From: the human T2T-CHM13v2.0 reference genome, Homo sapiens
Reading direction: 5' to 3' (one strand)
NCBI RefSeq assembly: GCF_009914755.1
Contig: NC_060947.1
Length of the DNA stretch: 64,000 nucleotides
The notes under the pieces are model-generated. The model ran no database searches. It saw only the letters and a program-made list of their open reading frames with translations, and was not told the DNA's origin. Shown piece after piece: positions 38,746-55,100 of this stretch. A program made the translations under genes and the position numbers. Every line of letters starts with the position of its first letter. The stretch's first letter is position 1.

Positions 38746-40592
38746 TGTCCCATGGTGAGCAGGTCTATGCATAGCTACCCTGAAAAGTCTGAGGAAGTTG
38801 AGGGGCTGAAGAAAGAGGCTGACATATGGTACAAAACGACTGGTACAAAAACAAACACATAGAGCAATGAAACAGAATAGAGAGCCCAGAAATCAGGCTG
38901 CATACCTACAACCGTCTGATCTTTGACAAAGCAGACAAAAAACAAGCAATGGGGAAAGGATTCCCTATTCAATAAATGGTGCTGGGATAACTGGCTAGCC
39001 ATATGCAGAAGACTGAAACTAGACCCCTTCCTTATACCATGTACAAAAATCAACTCAAGATGGATTAAAGACTTAAATGTAAAACCCAAAACTATAAAAA
39101 CCCTGAAAGACAACCTAGACAAAACCATTCTGGACATTGGGCAAAGATTTCATGACAAAGCTGCCAAAAGCAATTGCAACAAAAGCAAAATTTGACAAAT
39201 GAGATCCAATTAAACTAAAGAGCTTATGCACAGCAAAATAAACTATAAACAAAGTAAACACACAACCCACAGAATGGGAGAAAATATTTGCAAACTATGC
39301 ATCTGACAAAGGTCTAATATCCAGCATCTATAAGGAGCTTAAACAGATTTATAAGCCAAACAAACAACCCCATTAAAAAGTGGGCAAAGGACATGAACGG
39401 ACACTTTTCAAAAGAAGACATACATGCGGCCAACAAGTGTATGAAAAAAAGCTCAACATCACTGATCATTAGAGAAATTCAAATCAAAACCACAATAAGA
39501 TACCATCTCACACCAGTCAGAATGGCCATCATTAAAAAGTAAAAAAAGTAAAATAAAAGAGATGCTGCTGAGGTTTTGGAGAAAAAGGAATGCTTATACA
39601 CTGTTGTGGGGGGTGTAAATTAGTTCAACCATTGTGCAAAGCAGTGTGGCTATTCCTCAAAGAGCTAAAACCAGAACTACTATTCAACCCAGCAATCTTA
39701 TCACTGGGTATGTACACAAAGGAATATAAATTGTTCTGTTATAAAGACACATGCGTGTGTATGTTTGTTGCAGCACCATTCACAATAGCAAAGACATGGA
39801 GACAACCTAAATGACCATCAATAGTAGACTGGAATAAAGAGAATGTAGTATATATACACCACGGAATACTATGCAGCCATTAAGAAGAACCAGATTATAT
39901 CCTTTGCAGCAACATGGATGGAGCTGGAGGCCATTATCCTTAGCAAACTAATGCCAGAATAGAAAAGCAAATACTGTATGTTCTCGCTTACAAGTGGAAA
40001 CTAAATTATGAAAACACATAAACACATAGAGGGAAACTACAGACACTGGGGCCTCTCTGGGGGCATAGGGTGGAAGGAGAGAGAGGATCAGGAAAAATAA
40101 CTAATAAATACTTGGCCTAATACCTGGGCGACAAAATAATCTTTACAACAAACCCCCGTGACGTGAGTTTACCTGTATAACAAATCTGCATATGTATCTC
40201 TGAACTTAAAAGTTAAAAAAAGAGACTGATATATTCTGTTTCTCAGAAGGAAATATTTAATAGAGACTTAACGAACAGAAACCATGTCTGTCTCAGGCAG
40301 TGGTGAGACAAGATGGTGGATCCCCACACCATTATCCATCAGACCCTGTGCTCCATAGGGAAAGGGCATATGTGACTCAGAGGAATGTGTAGGACAATTG
40401 CCAAGCGCAAGACACATGGTAAGTATGATAACATCAAGGTTGTTTTAACCTAAGGGCAGGATTTATGGTAAGTACATGCTCTTATACAAGAAACAATAAA
40501 CTGGAAATCTTGGAGGGCTTCCCGGTACTGAAGTTAATCAGAGGTCAGCATGGTGGATTAGCATCCAAGATGGAGTTGCTTTAGCCTCTGCA
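38746..40592 (-). mobile_element. LTR47-like ERVL solo LTR, split by an L1
   Basis: Reverse complement starts TGCAGAGGCTAAAGCAACTCCATCTTGGATGCTAATCC. The pieces are 38746-38827 and 40219-40592. TSD GTATG (38741-38745) / ATATG (40593-40597). Confidence 0.8.
38828..40218 (+). mobile_element. 5'-truncated L1PA13-15-like element
   Basis: ORF2 C-terminus ([17 protein letters not shown]) and 3'UTR GAGAGGATCAGGAAAAATAACTAA. 16-bp TSD AAAGAGGCTGACATAT (38812-38827) / AAAGAGACTGATATAT (40219-40234). Confidence 0.93.
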
Positions 40593-42385
40593 ATATGTTT
40601 ACCAAAAGACATGTTTTAGAACGTTCATAGCAGAACTATTCTTAATAGCTCCAAATTGAAAAGTATTCAAATCCTCCTCAACAGTAGAATGGATAAGTAA
40701 GCATGGCATGTGCACACCATGGAATACCATCCAGCAATGAGAAAGAACAAACTATCGCTACACTCAACTACATGGATGAATTGCACAAATGACATAGTGT
40801 TGAGTGAAAGGGCCAGATTAAAACAAGAGTATATACCAGAAAATGATTCTATTTATATGGCATTTAAACAGCAGTAAAATTAATTTATTGTGTGAAAGGT
40901 CAATATAGTGGTTACCTTTGGGGTATTTAGGAACTGACAGGGGTCTTCTGGGGTGATAGAAATATTTCTTGATCTGGATTTTGGGTATTTTCCGTGGTTG
41001 TATTCCCTTGATAAAAATTCTAGCAATGCCCTTACGGTTTGTGTATTTTTCTGTGTGTATTTTATACTTCAGAAGAAATTATCTAAAGCCTGCATGTTCT
41101 TTCACCCAGTAATTTCACAACTAGCACTTTATCCTGGTGAAATAATTATACATGTCCACAAAGAATTTATATGCAAGTGTTTTCATTTCAAAGTGCTGCT
41201 TTCAACAGTGAGAAACCGGAAATAATAGAAGCATCAAACAATAGTGAAGTGGTCAAATATAAAATGGTAGGATATTTACAGCTCTGAAAAGTCATGTTTA
41301 TGATGACTACATAATGACAAAGAAAATTATGATTTTATGTAAAGTAAAAAAAAGCAGGACTTTAAACTGTGTACAGAGAATGATCACAATTTCATAGTGA
41401 AATGTATTCATGTTCAATGCCAACACTGGTTATTTTGAAGCGATAGGTTTTCAGATGGTTTTATTTTCTTCGTTATACTTTAATTTATATTCAAAATTAT
41501 ATGCAATGATTACATAATTACATTTTAATCATAAAATGTATTTAAAATTTTTATGAAATCATGACCCAAAGAAGATTCTGTCATCCTCAGTCCATGCTTT
41601 TGCAAAGCTTATGAAAACAGTAAAGTCAAACAGGCAAACTCTTTTCTTGTTGGCTGGGCATGCAAGCCAGTTTTCTCTCTCCAGGCCTACTGACTCCCAT
41701 AGAAGTATCCGAAGCACACGAAAAATCTCACAAATCCTAGAGGGAGATAAAAGTGAATTAACCTCATTTCTGAAAGGCAAATGTGGACTCATGGTAGAAG
41801 ATAGGGACTGTAGGAGGCAGGAGGCCAGATGAGAGGAATCCATTATTTTTCCATTTCCTAGGCTTATAGTGCAGTTACTATCCATGGGCTAAGAGAGAGC
41901 ACTACTGTAAACAGCTACCGACTATTCTCTCTCATCCGCACAGCTCCAAAGTTGGATGGTTACAGTGGAGGACAAACCCTGGGAAATCCTTTTCTATGTA
42001 TGAGGCTGCATAACAAACTACCTTGTGCGTGCCTTGGGAGAGATGGCTTGATTCAGCTTACATTCTTGATGCCAATCAGAGGCAAAGGAGGGTGGCATTT
42101 CTTAGACCAGGGCACCAGAACCTCATTAACTGATGCATATAATAAGCAAAATATTCTACTTTTTTTTTCTTTTTTTTTTTATTATACTTTAAGTTTTAGG
42201 GTACATGTGCACATTGTGCAGGTTAGTTACATATGTATACATGTGCCATGCTGGTGCACTGCACCCACTAACTCGTCATCTAGCATTAGGTATATCTCCC
42301 AATGCTATCCCTCCCCACTCCCCCCACCCCACAACAGTCCCCAGAGTGTAATATTCCCCTTCCTGTGTCCATGTGATCTCACTGT

Positions 42386-46211
<3,826 letters not shown>

Positions 46212-46274
46212 TATGATGTTAGCTGGTTATTTTGCTCATTAGTTGATGCAGTTTCTTCCTAGTCTCAATGGTCT

Positions 46275-47288
46275 TTACATTTTGGCATGATTTTGCAGCG
46301 GCTGGTACCGGTTGTTCCTTTCCATGTTTAGCACTTCCTTCAGGAGCTCTTTTAGGGCAGGCCTGGTGGTGACAAAATCTCTCAGCATTTGCTTGTCTCT
46401 AAAGTATTTTATTTCTCCTTCACTTATGAAGCTTAGTTTGGCTGGATATGAAATTCTGGGTTGAAAATTCTTTTCTTTAAGAATGTTGAATATTGGTCCC
46501 CACTCTCTTCTGGCTTGTAGGGTTTCTGCTGAGAGATCCGCTGTTAGTCTGATGGGCTTCCCTTTGAGGGTAACCCGACCTTTCTCTGTAGCTGCCCTTA
46601 ACATTTTTTCCTTCATTTCAACTTTGGTGAATCTGACAATTATGTGTCTTGGAGTTGCTCTTCTCGAGGAGTATCTTTGTAGCGTTCTCTGTATTTCCTG
46701 AATCTGAATGTTGGCCTGCCTTGCTAGATTGGGGAAGTTCTCCTGGATAATATCCTGCGGAGTGTTTTCCAACTTGGTTCCATTCACCCCATCACTTTCA
46801 GGTACACCAATCAGACGTAGATTTGGTCTTTTCACATAGTCCCATATTTCTTGGAGGCTTTGCTCATTTCTTTTTATTCTTTTTTCTCTAAACTTCCCTT
46901 CTCGCTTCATTTCATTCATTTCATCTTCCATCGCTGATACCCTTTCTTCCAGTTGATCGCATCGGCTCCTGAGGCTTCTGCATTCTTCACGTAGTTCTCG
47001 AGCCTTGGTTTTCAGTTCCATCAGCTCCTTTAAGCACTTCTCTGTATTGGTTATTCTAGTTATACATTCTTATAAATTTTTTTCAAAGTTTTCAACTTCT
47101 TTGCCTTTGGTTTGAATGTCCTCCCGTAGCTCAGAGTAATTTGATCGTCTGAAGCCTTTTCTCAGCTCGTCAAAATCATTCTCCATCCAGCTTTGTTCCG
47201 TTGCTGGTGAGGAACTGCATTCCTTTGGAGGAGGAGAGGCGCTCTGCGTTTTAGAGTTTCCAGTTTTTCTGTTCTGTTTTTTCCCCAT
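46275..47288 (-). pseudogene. L1 ORF1p with a premature stop
   Basis: MGKKQNRKTGNSK...RYQPLQNHAKM in one frame, with a one-codon deletion (DELRKGF) and an in-frame TAA at 47070-47072. Confidence 0.95.
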
Positions 47289-48201
47289 CTTTGTGGTTTT
47301 ATCTACTTTTGGTCTTTGATGATGGTGATGTACAGATGGGTTTTTGGTGTGGATGACCTTTCTGTTTGTTAGTTTTCCTTCTAACAGACAGGACCCTCAG
47401 CTGCAGGTCTGTTGGAATACCCTGCCATGTGAGGTGTCAGTGTTCCCCTGCTGGGGGGTGCCTCCCAGTTAGGCTGCTCAGGGGTCAGGGGTCAGGAGTC
47501 AGGGACCCACTTGAAGAGGCAGTCTGCCGGTTCTCAGATCTCCAGCTGCTTGCTGGGAGAACCACTGCTCTCTTCAAAGCTGTCAGACAGGGACATTTAA
47601 GTCTGCAGAGGTTACTGCTGTCTTTTTGTTTGTCTGTTCCCTGCCCCCAGAGGTGGAGCCTACAGAGGCAGGCAGGCCTCCTTGAGCTGTGGTGGGCTCC
47701 ACCCAGTTTGAGCTTCCCGGCGGCTTTGTTTACCTAATCAAGCCTGGGCAATGGCGGGCGCCCCTCCCCCAGCCTCGCTGCCGCCTTGCAGTTTGATCTC
47801 AGACTGCTGTGCTAGCAATCAGCGAGACTCCGTGGGCATAGGACCCTCCGAGCCAGGTGCGGGATGTAATCTCGTGGTGCGCCGTTTTTTAAGCCCGTCG
47901 GAAAAGCGCAGTATTTGGGTGGGAGTGACCCGATTTTCCAGGTGCAGTCTGTCACCCCTTTCTTTGACTCGGAAAGGGAACTCCCTAACCCCTTGCGCTT
48001 CCCAAGTGAGGCAATGCCTCGCCCTGCTTCGGCTCACTCACGGTGCGCGCACCCACTGACCTGCACCCACTGTCTGGCACTCCCTAGAGAGATGAACCCG
48101 GTACCTCAGATGGAAATGCAGAAATCACCGTCTTCTGCGTCACTCACGCTGGGAGCTGTAGACCGGAGCTGTTCCTATTCGGCCATCTTGGCTCCTCCCA
48201 C
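47289..48201. promoter_or_regulatory. L1 5'UTR: internal sense promoter (minus) and antisense promoter (plus), CpG-rich
   Basis: Intact YY1 site (CAAGATGGCC on minus, 48181-48190) and a CpG cluster at ~47715-48185. The 913-bp length fits the short post-L1PA3 5'UTR. Confidence 0.8.
47751..48059 (+). CDS. L1 antisense ORF0, open and C-terminally extended (102 aa)
   Basis: MAGAPPPASLPPCSLISDCCASNQRDSVG... matches primate L1 ORF0. Splice donors AG|GT follow 47856 and 47941 (nt 106 and 191 from the ATG). Translation at this locus is not demonstrated. Confidence 0.6.
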   Translation: MAGAPPPASLPPCSLISDCCASNQRDSVGIGPSEPGAGCNLVVRRFLSPSEKRSIWVGVTRFSRCSLSPLSLTRKGNSLTPCASQVRQCLALLRLTHGARTH

Positions 48202-48973
48202 AATATTCTACTTTTTAAGCGTCATATGCATAGTTCATTTTAGTTACAATAACTCACAAAACATCTTTAAAATCAGCATACTGATGTTCGTGGTCATTTT
48301 CAAAGTAGCTTGCCATACCTAACAGTTTGTTCCGTGGTCAAAAGGACACTCCATGCAATTATTTGCAGAATGTTCAGAACATTTGTCAAGGTGGAAGGTC
48401 TCAGCCAAAAGTGTCATAAAATGTCAAATCCATTTATGCTCAAATCCCCAACATCTGTGATTATATTCATTGTAAACACAATAATACAATATTAAATATT
48501 ATATAAAAGATGTAGCTACATGAAATGTTACCTCAGGAGCTTGGTAAGAAGGCAAACGTATGCTCTGTGATAGTGAAACAAACAAAATCTAAACATAAGA
48601 TGTGTGTCTGTCTATCTATCTAATAGATCTATTGGCAGTTGATGGGAATTAAAGGAGATTGTATAATTGAAGTGGCTGTGTGCAAAAGAAGGAATGGCCA
48701 GCTTGGTGCATTAAAGAGAAAACATGGAGAATTGTCTGGAGGAAAAAAAAAATGTTCTTTCAGCTGACAGGAACATCAGTTTGCCTGCAGGTTACATATT
48801 GCCACCATGGCAGCAATACAGAAGCTATGGAGACCTGATGGAATCAAATCATATATCTTCCTACCACCTACTTTGAGGTTTCATGAAGATGAAGACCATG
48901 CAGATCTGGCTGCCACTAACATTTCTCATGTGCAAACAGTTGGCAGGCACAGTTGGCACACACACTTTGTGCT

Positions 48974-49473
48974 TGCATTAATTTTTTAGGGCCACTGTAA
49001 CAAATTATCACAAACTTGGTGTCTTAAAACACAAGTTTATTCTCTCACTGCTCTGGAGGCCAGAGGTCTGAAATAGTTACCACTGGGCTGAAATGAAGGT
49101 GTCAGTGGCAGAGCTGCACTCTCTCTGGGGGCTGTAGTGGAGACTCCATTCCTTGCCTTTTCCAGCATCTGGTGCGGCCCAAGTTCCTTGATGTGTGGCC
49201 TCATCACTCCAATCTTTAAGACCATGATCTTCAAATCTCACTCTGCTCTGTGTTTACATGGCCTTTTCCTTTGTGTATGTGTAGTCAAATTCCTCTCTGG
49301 CTCTCTCTTAGCAGGATGCTTGTGATTGCTTTTAGGGTCCACCTGGATAAATCCAGGATACGTTTCCCATACTGACCACTTCTGCAAAGAGCCTTTTACC
49401 AAATAAAGTAACATTGAAAAGTTCTAGGGATTAAGACCTGTTATCTTTGGGCTCCATTATTCAGCCTACTACA
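48974..49473 (-). mobile_element. MLT1C/D-like MaLR solo LTR inserted in an L2 3' end
   Basis: CTGTAACAAATTATCACAAACTTGG...CCATTATTCAGCCTACTACA with TSD GTGCT (48969-48973) / ATGCT (49474-49478). The L2 tail CAGTAAATATTTGTTGAATGA follows. Confidence 0.88.
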
Positions 49474-50894
49474 ATGCTCAGTAAATATTTGTTGAATGAT
49501 TATTGATTCTGCTAACATGACTTTTCAATCTATCTAGAAGTTTTAGCTCTCATTGAAAATTAGTAAATTTTCACTCTGAATTTACATATGAATCTCTAGT
49601 AGGCCTTGTTAGTTGGAGGCGGCATCCAGCATATAATCATCTCAAAGACTCTGAGAAAGCTGAGTTTGTTGAAGCACAGTCCTGGACAGTGATGAAATCA
49701 CTAAGGTGCTTTGTGAGGAACACTCACATTCTGACTTTTACTGAAGAGAGCTTTTGTCGAGAAAAGATTTCCTGAACCAAAAATTCTACTTCTACAGCTT
49801 TGTTTTGAAAAACTTTAAAATAAAATTTAAAAATTTAAAGTTTGATAAAATGCTCTAGCAAGACTTTACTGCCGGCTTAGTATTGCTCAAAAATTAAATT
49901 CGATATGGATTTTTAAACTCACAGCAAAATCACAATGAAAATACTTGTATATAATTTTTTTTTCTGTTAGAGATCAGCCTAAAGTGTATGTCTATGTTTG
50001 TTGGTAGGATCAAAGTCCCAATTAAAGCCCTGCCCATTTGTTTGAACATAAGCTGCAGAGTGAAATATTACAGGGCTTGGTATCTTTCTCTCTGCTTTCA
50101 AACACAGAGAAGATGACTGAGCTTTTGAGCCCTATCAGCCTCCTCCTCCTTCCCTGGTAGGATTCTGCACCTTTCATTCTCTTTGATGCTGGGCAGGGAT
50201 GATGCCACTCACCAATCTGGGCTTCTCCTCCTCTGCCAATGACAAGGTGAGCCCACTGGGTGAGCAGCTTTCCTTGTTATCACCACTAATACCTTGGATT
50301 TTGTTGAAGGCTGTTCTTTGAGGACTCTGAGGAACTTACACAGATATACTTGTTATCCTCCCTGTAATCCTTTGAAGTGGCAGAGACTGTGGACATTTGT
50401 AAATGACCTAGATGATGCTGGTCCTGCCCTCAAGTTTACTTAAGTTTATTATGTCCGTTACCTGGCATTCTGTCAACCAGGACTCTCTCTTAATCATCAG
50501 ATCTGAACATCAAAGTAGACTGAGATAAAAAAAAAATCCCTGTTATTCATATAACCTTAAGTCACTTAAGAACCCTAACGGGCTTTTAGAATTACCTAAC
50601 AGAAAATTTGGTGTATTTATCCATGGCTTTAGTATTCAGTATGGATTTTTGATAAACAAAATATTTAAGAATTTTTAACCTTCAAATGATATATCCTATT
50701 GCTTGATTCATGAGACTGCCAATGAACTTTGGACCTTTTAAAAAATTCAGATACATATGCCTTATGCCAGACCCATTAAATCAGATCTCTTGGATGGGAC
50801 CAAAGCTTCTCTCTCTCCCTCTCTCTGTGTGTGTGTGTGTGTGTATGTGTTTCTTCATATCTCTATATACAGTATATTTTTATATATATGTATA

Positions 50895-51595
50895 TAGCAT
50901 ATTTATTTTAACTTCTTATGGAATTTTTCAAACATAAATAAAAGTAGAAAATACAGTATTCCCTACATAGTTGTCATCCAGATTCAACGTTTCAACACTC
51001 TGCTGTTTTAAGTTTTACTTTTCTTTACCCCCCCACCCCACTTTTTTTTTGTTTGCTGACTTCTTCCAAAAGAATATGTCAGTATTTACCTCCATAGACA
51101 AGGAATTTTTAAGAAAAAATGACCAAATTTTTATTATCGATCCACAAAATTAATAATAATTCTTTATTATCTGTTGTCTAGTTTAATTTTCTCTAGTTGT
51201 CTCAAAAAAGTCATTTGTATATTATACATTAAATCAGAATCCAAACAAGGTGCATACACTGTATTTGGTTGATATGCTTCTCTCATATCTCTTAATCTAT
51301 GATAGCTCTTCCCTTTCTTAATGTAGTATACACACTTTTCTCCATGTAGCAACATATTGAAATATTCCTATTGCTTTTTACAGCTGCACTGGACTTTGTT
51401 GGGTGAATGTACAATATTTTATTTAATCCCTCTCCTGGTGATCAATATTTGAGTTGTTTCTAGTCTTTGGCTATTACAAACAGTATTGCATGCCTGGTGG
51501 ATGTCTTTTTACTTTTTTGCCATTGTGTCTTTGGTATAAATTACTAGAGGTAAGATTGCTGGGTCAATTACTGTATATTTGATTTTGCTCTATTA
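50895..51595 (-). mobile_element. Old L1MC/ME fragments
   Basis: TATGGAATTTTTCAAACATAAATAAAAGTAGA; AATCAGAATCCAAACAAGGTGCATAC; GTTGTTTCTAGTCTTTGGCTATTACAAAC. Confidence 0.65.
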
Positions 51596-52199
51596 TTAGG
51601 AGATCATGTTGCTTTGATAATATTCTTTGCCTTCATCTCAACTTTAGTGCTGTTTTATAGGGAATGATGTCAATTACTAACCTGCTGCTTTGCTTGTCAC
51701 TAGCTTTCTTTTCACCTCCTGTGACTTTCTTTCACTGGATAGATGACCAGCTTCAAAGTCTTGAGGTCTTTGTTCTTCATGATTATTAGGTTTGGAAGAC
51801 TGTACACAGTCAAAAGCTAACTCACTTGTAATTCAGTTTATTGGCACTGTTCAATTACATGTGTTACCCATTTGGTTGCAAATTTCCTGAATACTTTATG
51901 CTAAAAAATTGGCATTTACATTTTAAAATCCGCAAACAGCAGCCCTTTGAGTCCCCTGTCCACCACTACCCTAACTCTAATGTATCACAACTAAGATCAC
52001 TGTTCCTAAGAAACATACAAGAACAACAGTTGTACTGCCTTGAAGTTCCTGATTGAAACAGAATGATTCAGCAAATTTGGAGGAAAAAAGAAAGCACTCT
52101 GTTACATATTTTAAAAATCAGATTCATTATTGATAGCAAACATATTCAAACTTAAAGCAGACACAAGGAGAACTTGAAATGTAAGAATATAAGGATAGG

Positions 52200-55100
52200 C
52201 CAACATGCAAGCACCCTGCCATGCTGCCACTGCTGGTGCAAACACACAGATGCCACTGCCCTGTTCCCATTTGCATCCCATCCCATCTGATGTGCACGTA
52301 TCCTCACCATACTGCTGTAGCTGCTGGCACACTTAAGCGAGTACAGATCCTGCTGCCACCACTGACAAACCGCTTTGGCAAGCACCCCCATTGGAATGTT
52401 GTGGCCAGCAGATGGAATACCCAGGCCCTCCAGCACAGCATGTTACTGACCTCAAGGGGCCAGAGAACAAAGCCAGGGGCCCAGGTACCAGCCCAACAGA
52501 GTTAGAGCACACAACCCAGGAATGCTGAGCTGAGCCTTAGCCCCCTGAAATCTTCCAGAAACGAAGCCAGTTGACTGAATCTACCTTATACCACAATCAA
52601 ACTGATATGGTTTGGCTGTGTCCCAATCCAGGTTTCATCTTGAATTCCCACATGTTGTGGGAGGAACCTGGTGGTAGGTAATTGAATCATGGGAGGTGGG
52701 TCTTTCCCATGCTATTCTCATGATAGTGAATAAGTCTCACAAGATCTGATGGTTTTAAAAACAGGAGTTCCCTTGCACATGCTCTCTCTTTGCCTGCTGC
52801 CATCCATGTAAGATGTGACTTGCTCCTCCTTGCCTTCCACCATGATTGTGAGGCCTCCCCAGCCATGTGGAAGTGTAAGTCCAATAAACCTCTTTCTTTT
52901 GTAAATTGCCCAGTCTTGGGTATGTCTTTATCAGCAGTGTGAAAATGGACTAATACACATACCCTCAAGGGCATCAAATAAGATGAAAGCAGCAGCAACA
53001 ACAACAACAAAAACAAACCCCATCCAAATAACAGAAACTCTGAAGAGTGAAAGAACATTGGTCCACATGGATCAGAAAGCATCAGCACAAGAACTCTTGC
53101 AATTCAAAATGCAAGAGTGTCTTCTTACCTCCAAAGGACTATACTAGTTTCCCAGCAACAGTTCTTAACCAGGCTGAAATTCCCGAAATAACACATAGGA
53201 TTTAGAATATGGATAGGTATGAAAATCATCAAGATTCCAGAGAAAGTAGAAACTAATTCAAAGAATATAAGGAATATAATAAAATGATAAAGGAGTTGAA
53301 ATATAAAATGACCATTTTAAGAAAAAACAAAACTGATCTGATAAAGGTGAAAAACTCACTACAAGAATCTCATAATACAATAGTAAGCATTAACAGAAGA
53401 ACAGTCCGAGCTAAGGAAAGAATCTCAGAGCTCAAAGACCAGTTCTCCATATTAACTCACTCAGACAAAAATAAACAAAAAAATTAAAGTGAATGAACAA
53501 AACTTCCAAGAAATATAGGATTATGTAAAGATACCAAATCCACAACTCACTGACATCCCTGAAAGAGAGAAAGCAAGCATCTTGGAAAACATATTTGAAG
53601 ATATCATCATGAAAATTTCCCCAACCTTGCTAGAGAGGCTAACATCTAAATTCAGGAAATATAAGATGACCATCCCCAAGACATAGTCATCAGATTCTCC
53701 AAAGTCAACATGAAAGAAAAAATATTAAAGGCAGCTAGAGAGAAGGACAGGCCGTCTAGAAAGGGAACCCAACCCAATCAAGCTAACAGTGGACCTCTCA
53801 GCAGAAACCCTACAAACCAGAAGAGATTGGGGGCCTATATTCAGCATTCTTAAAGAAATTCTGACCAGGAATTTTGTATCCAGCCAAACTAAGCTTAATA
53901 AGCAAAGAAGGAATAAATAAGATCCATTTCAGAGAAGCAAATGATAAGGGAATTCATTACTACCAGGTCTGCCTTACAAGAGGTCCTTAAGGGAGAGTTA
54001 AAATATGGAAATGAAAGATTGTTACTGCCACCAAAGAAACACACTAAGGTACATAGACCATTGACACTATAAAGCAACTACACAATCAAATGTACATGAT
54101 AACTAGCTAACAACATGATGACAAGATCAAATTTGCATATATCAATATGAACCTTGAATGTAAATGGGCTAAATGCTCCAATTAAAAGGCGTAGAGTGAC
54201 AAGTTGTGCCTTGCCACATCTCACATGCAATGACTCCCATAGGCTCAAAGTAAAGGGATGGAGAAATATCTAGCAAGCAAATGGAAAACAAACAAACAAA
54301 CAATAGCAGGGGTTGCTATTCTAACTTCAGAAAAAAACAGACTTTAAACCAACAACAATCAAAAAAGTCAAAGAAGGGCATTACATGGCAGTAAAGGGTT
54401 CAATTCAATGAGAAAATTTAACTATCCTAAATATACATGCATCCAGTACAAGATCACCTAGATTCATAAAACAAGTCTTAGAAACCTACAAAGAGATTTA
54501 GATAACCATACAATAATAGCAAGATGCTTCAACACCCCACTGACAATATTAGACAAATCATGAAGGCAAAAAGCTAGCAAAGGTATTTGGGACTTTAATA
54601 TGACACTTGACCAGATAGACTTAACAGACATCTACAGAACTCTCACACCAAAACAACAGAATATACATTCTTGTCATCTGCACATGGCACATCTTCTAAA
54701 ATCGACCACACAATCAGCCATAAAACTATTCTCACCAAATTCAAAGAAACTGAAATCACACCAAGCACAGTCTCAGACCACAGTGCAATAAAAATAGAAA
54801 TCAATTCTAAGAAGATCTCTCAAAACCATACAATCACATGGAAATTAAAGAACCTACTCCTGAATGACTTTTAGGTAAACAATGAAATTGAGGCAGAAAT
54901 CAAGAAATTATTTGAAACTAATGAAAACAAGGATAAAACCTACTTTAATCTCTGGGACACAGCTAACACAATGGTAAAAGGAAAGTTTATAGTGCTGAAC
55001 AACAACATAAAAAAGTTAGGAAGATCTTAAATTAGCAACCTAAAATCACACCTAGAGAAATGAGACCAAACTAACCCCAAAGCTAGCAAAACAAACAAAC

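Larger units (their letters stand above)
38400..41540 (+). mobile_element. Old L1M 3'-end remnants (outer L1ME-like element interrupted by a second L1M), hosting LTR47 and L1PA
   Basis: The outer element reads ...AAAATGTGCATATTCT | TTCACCCAGTAATTTCAC across 38626/41101. The inner L1M reads ...TGTGTGTATG | TTTACCAAAAGACATG across the LTR47 insertion. Confidence 0.6.
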
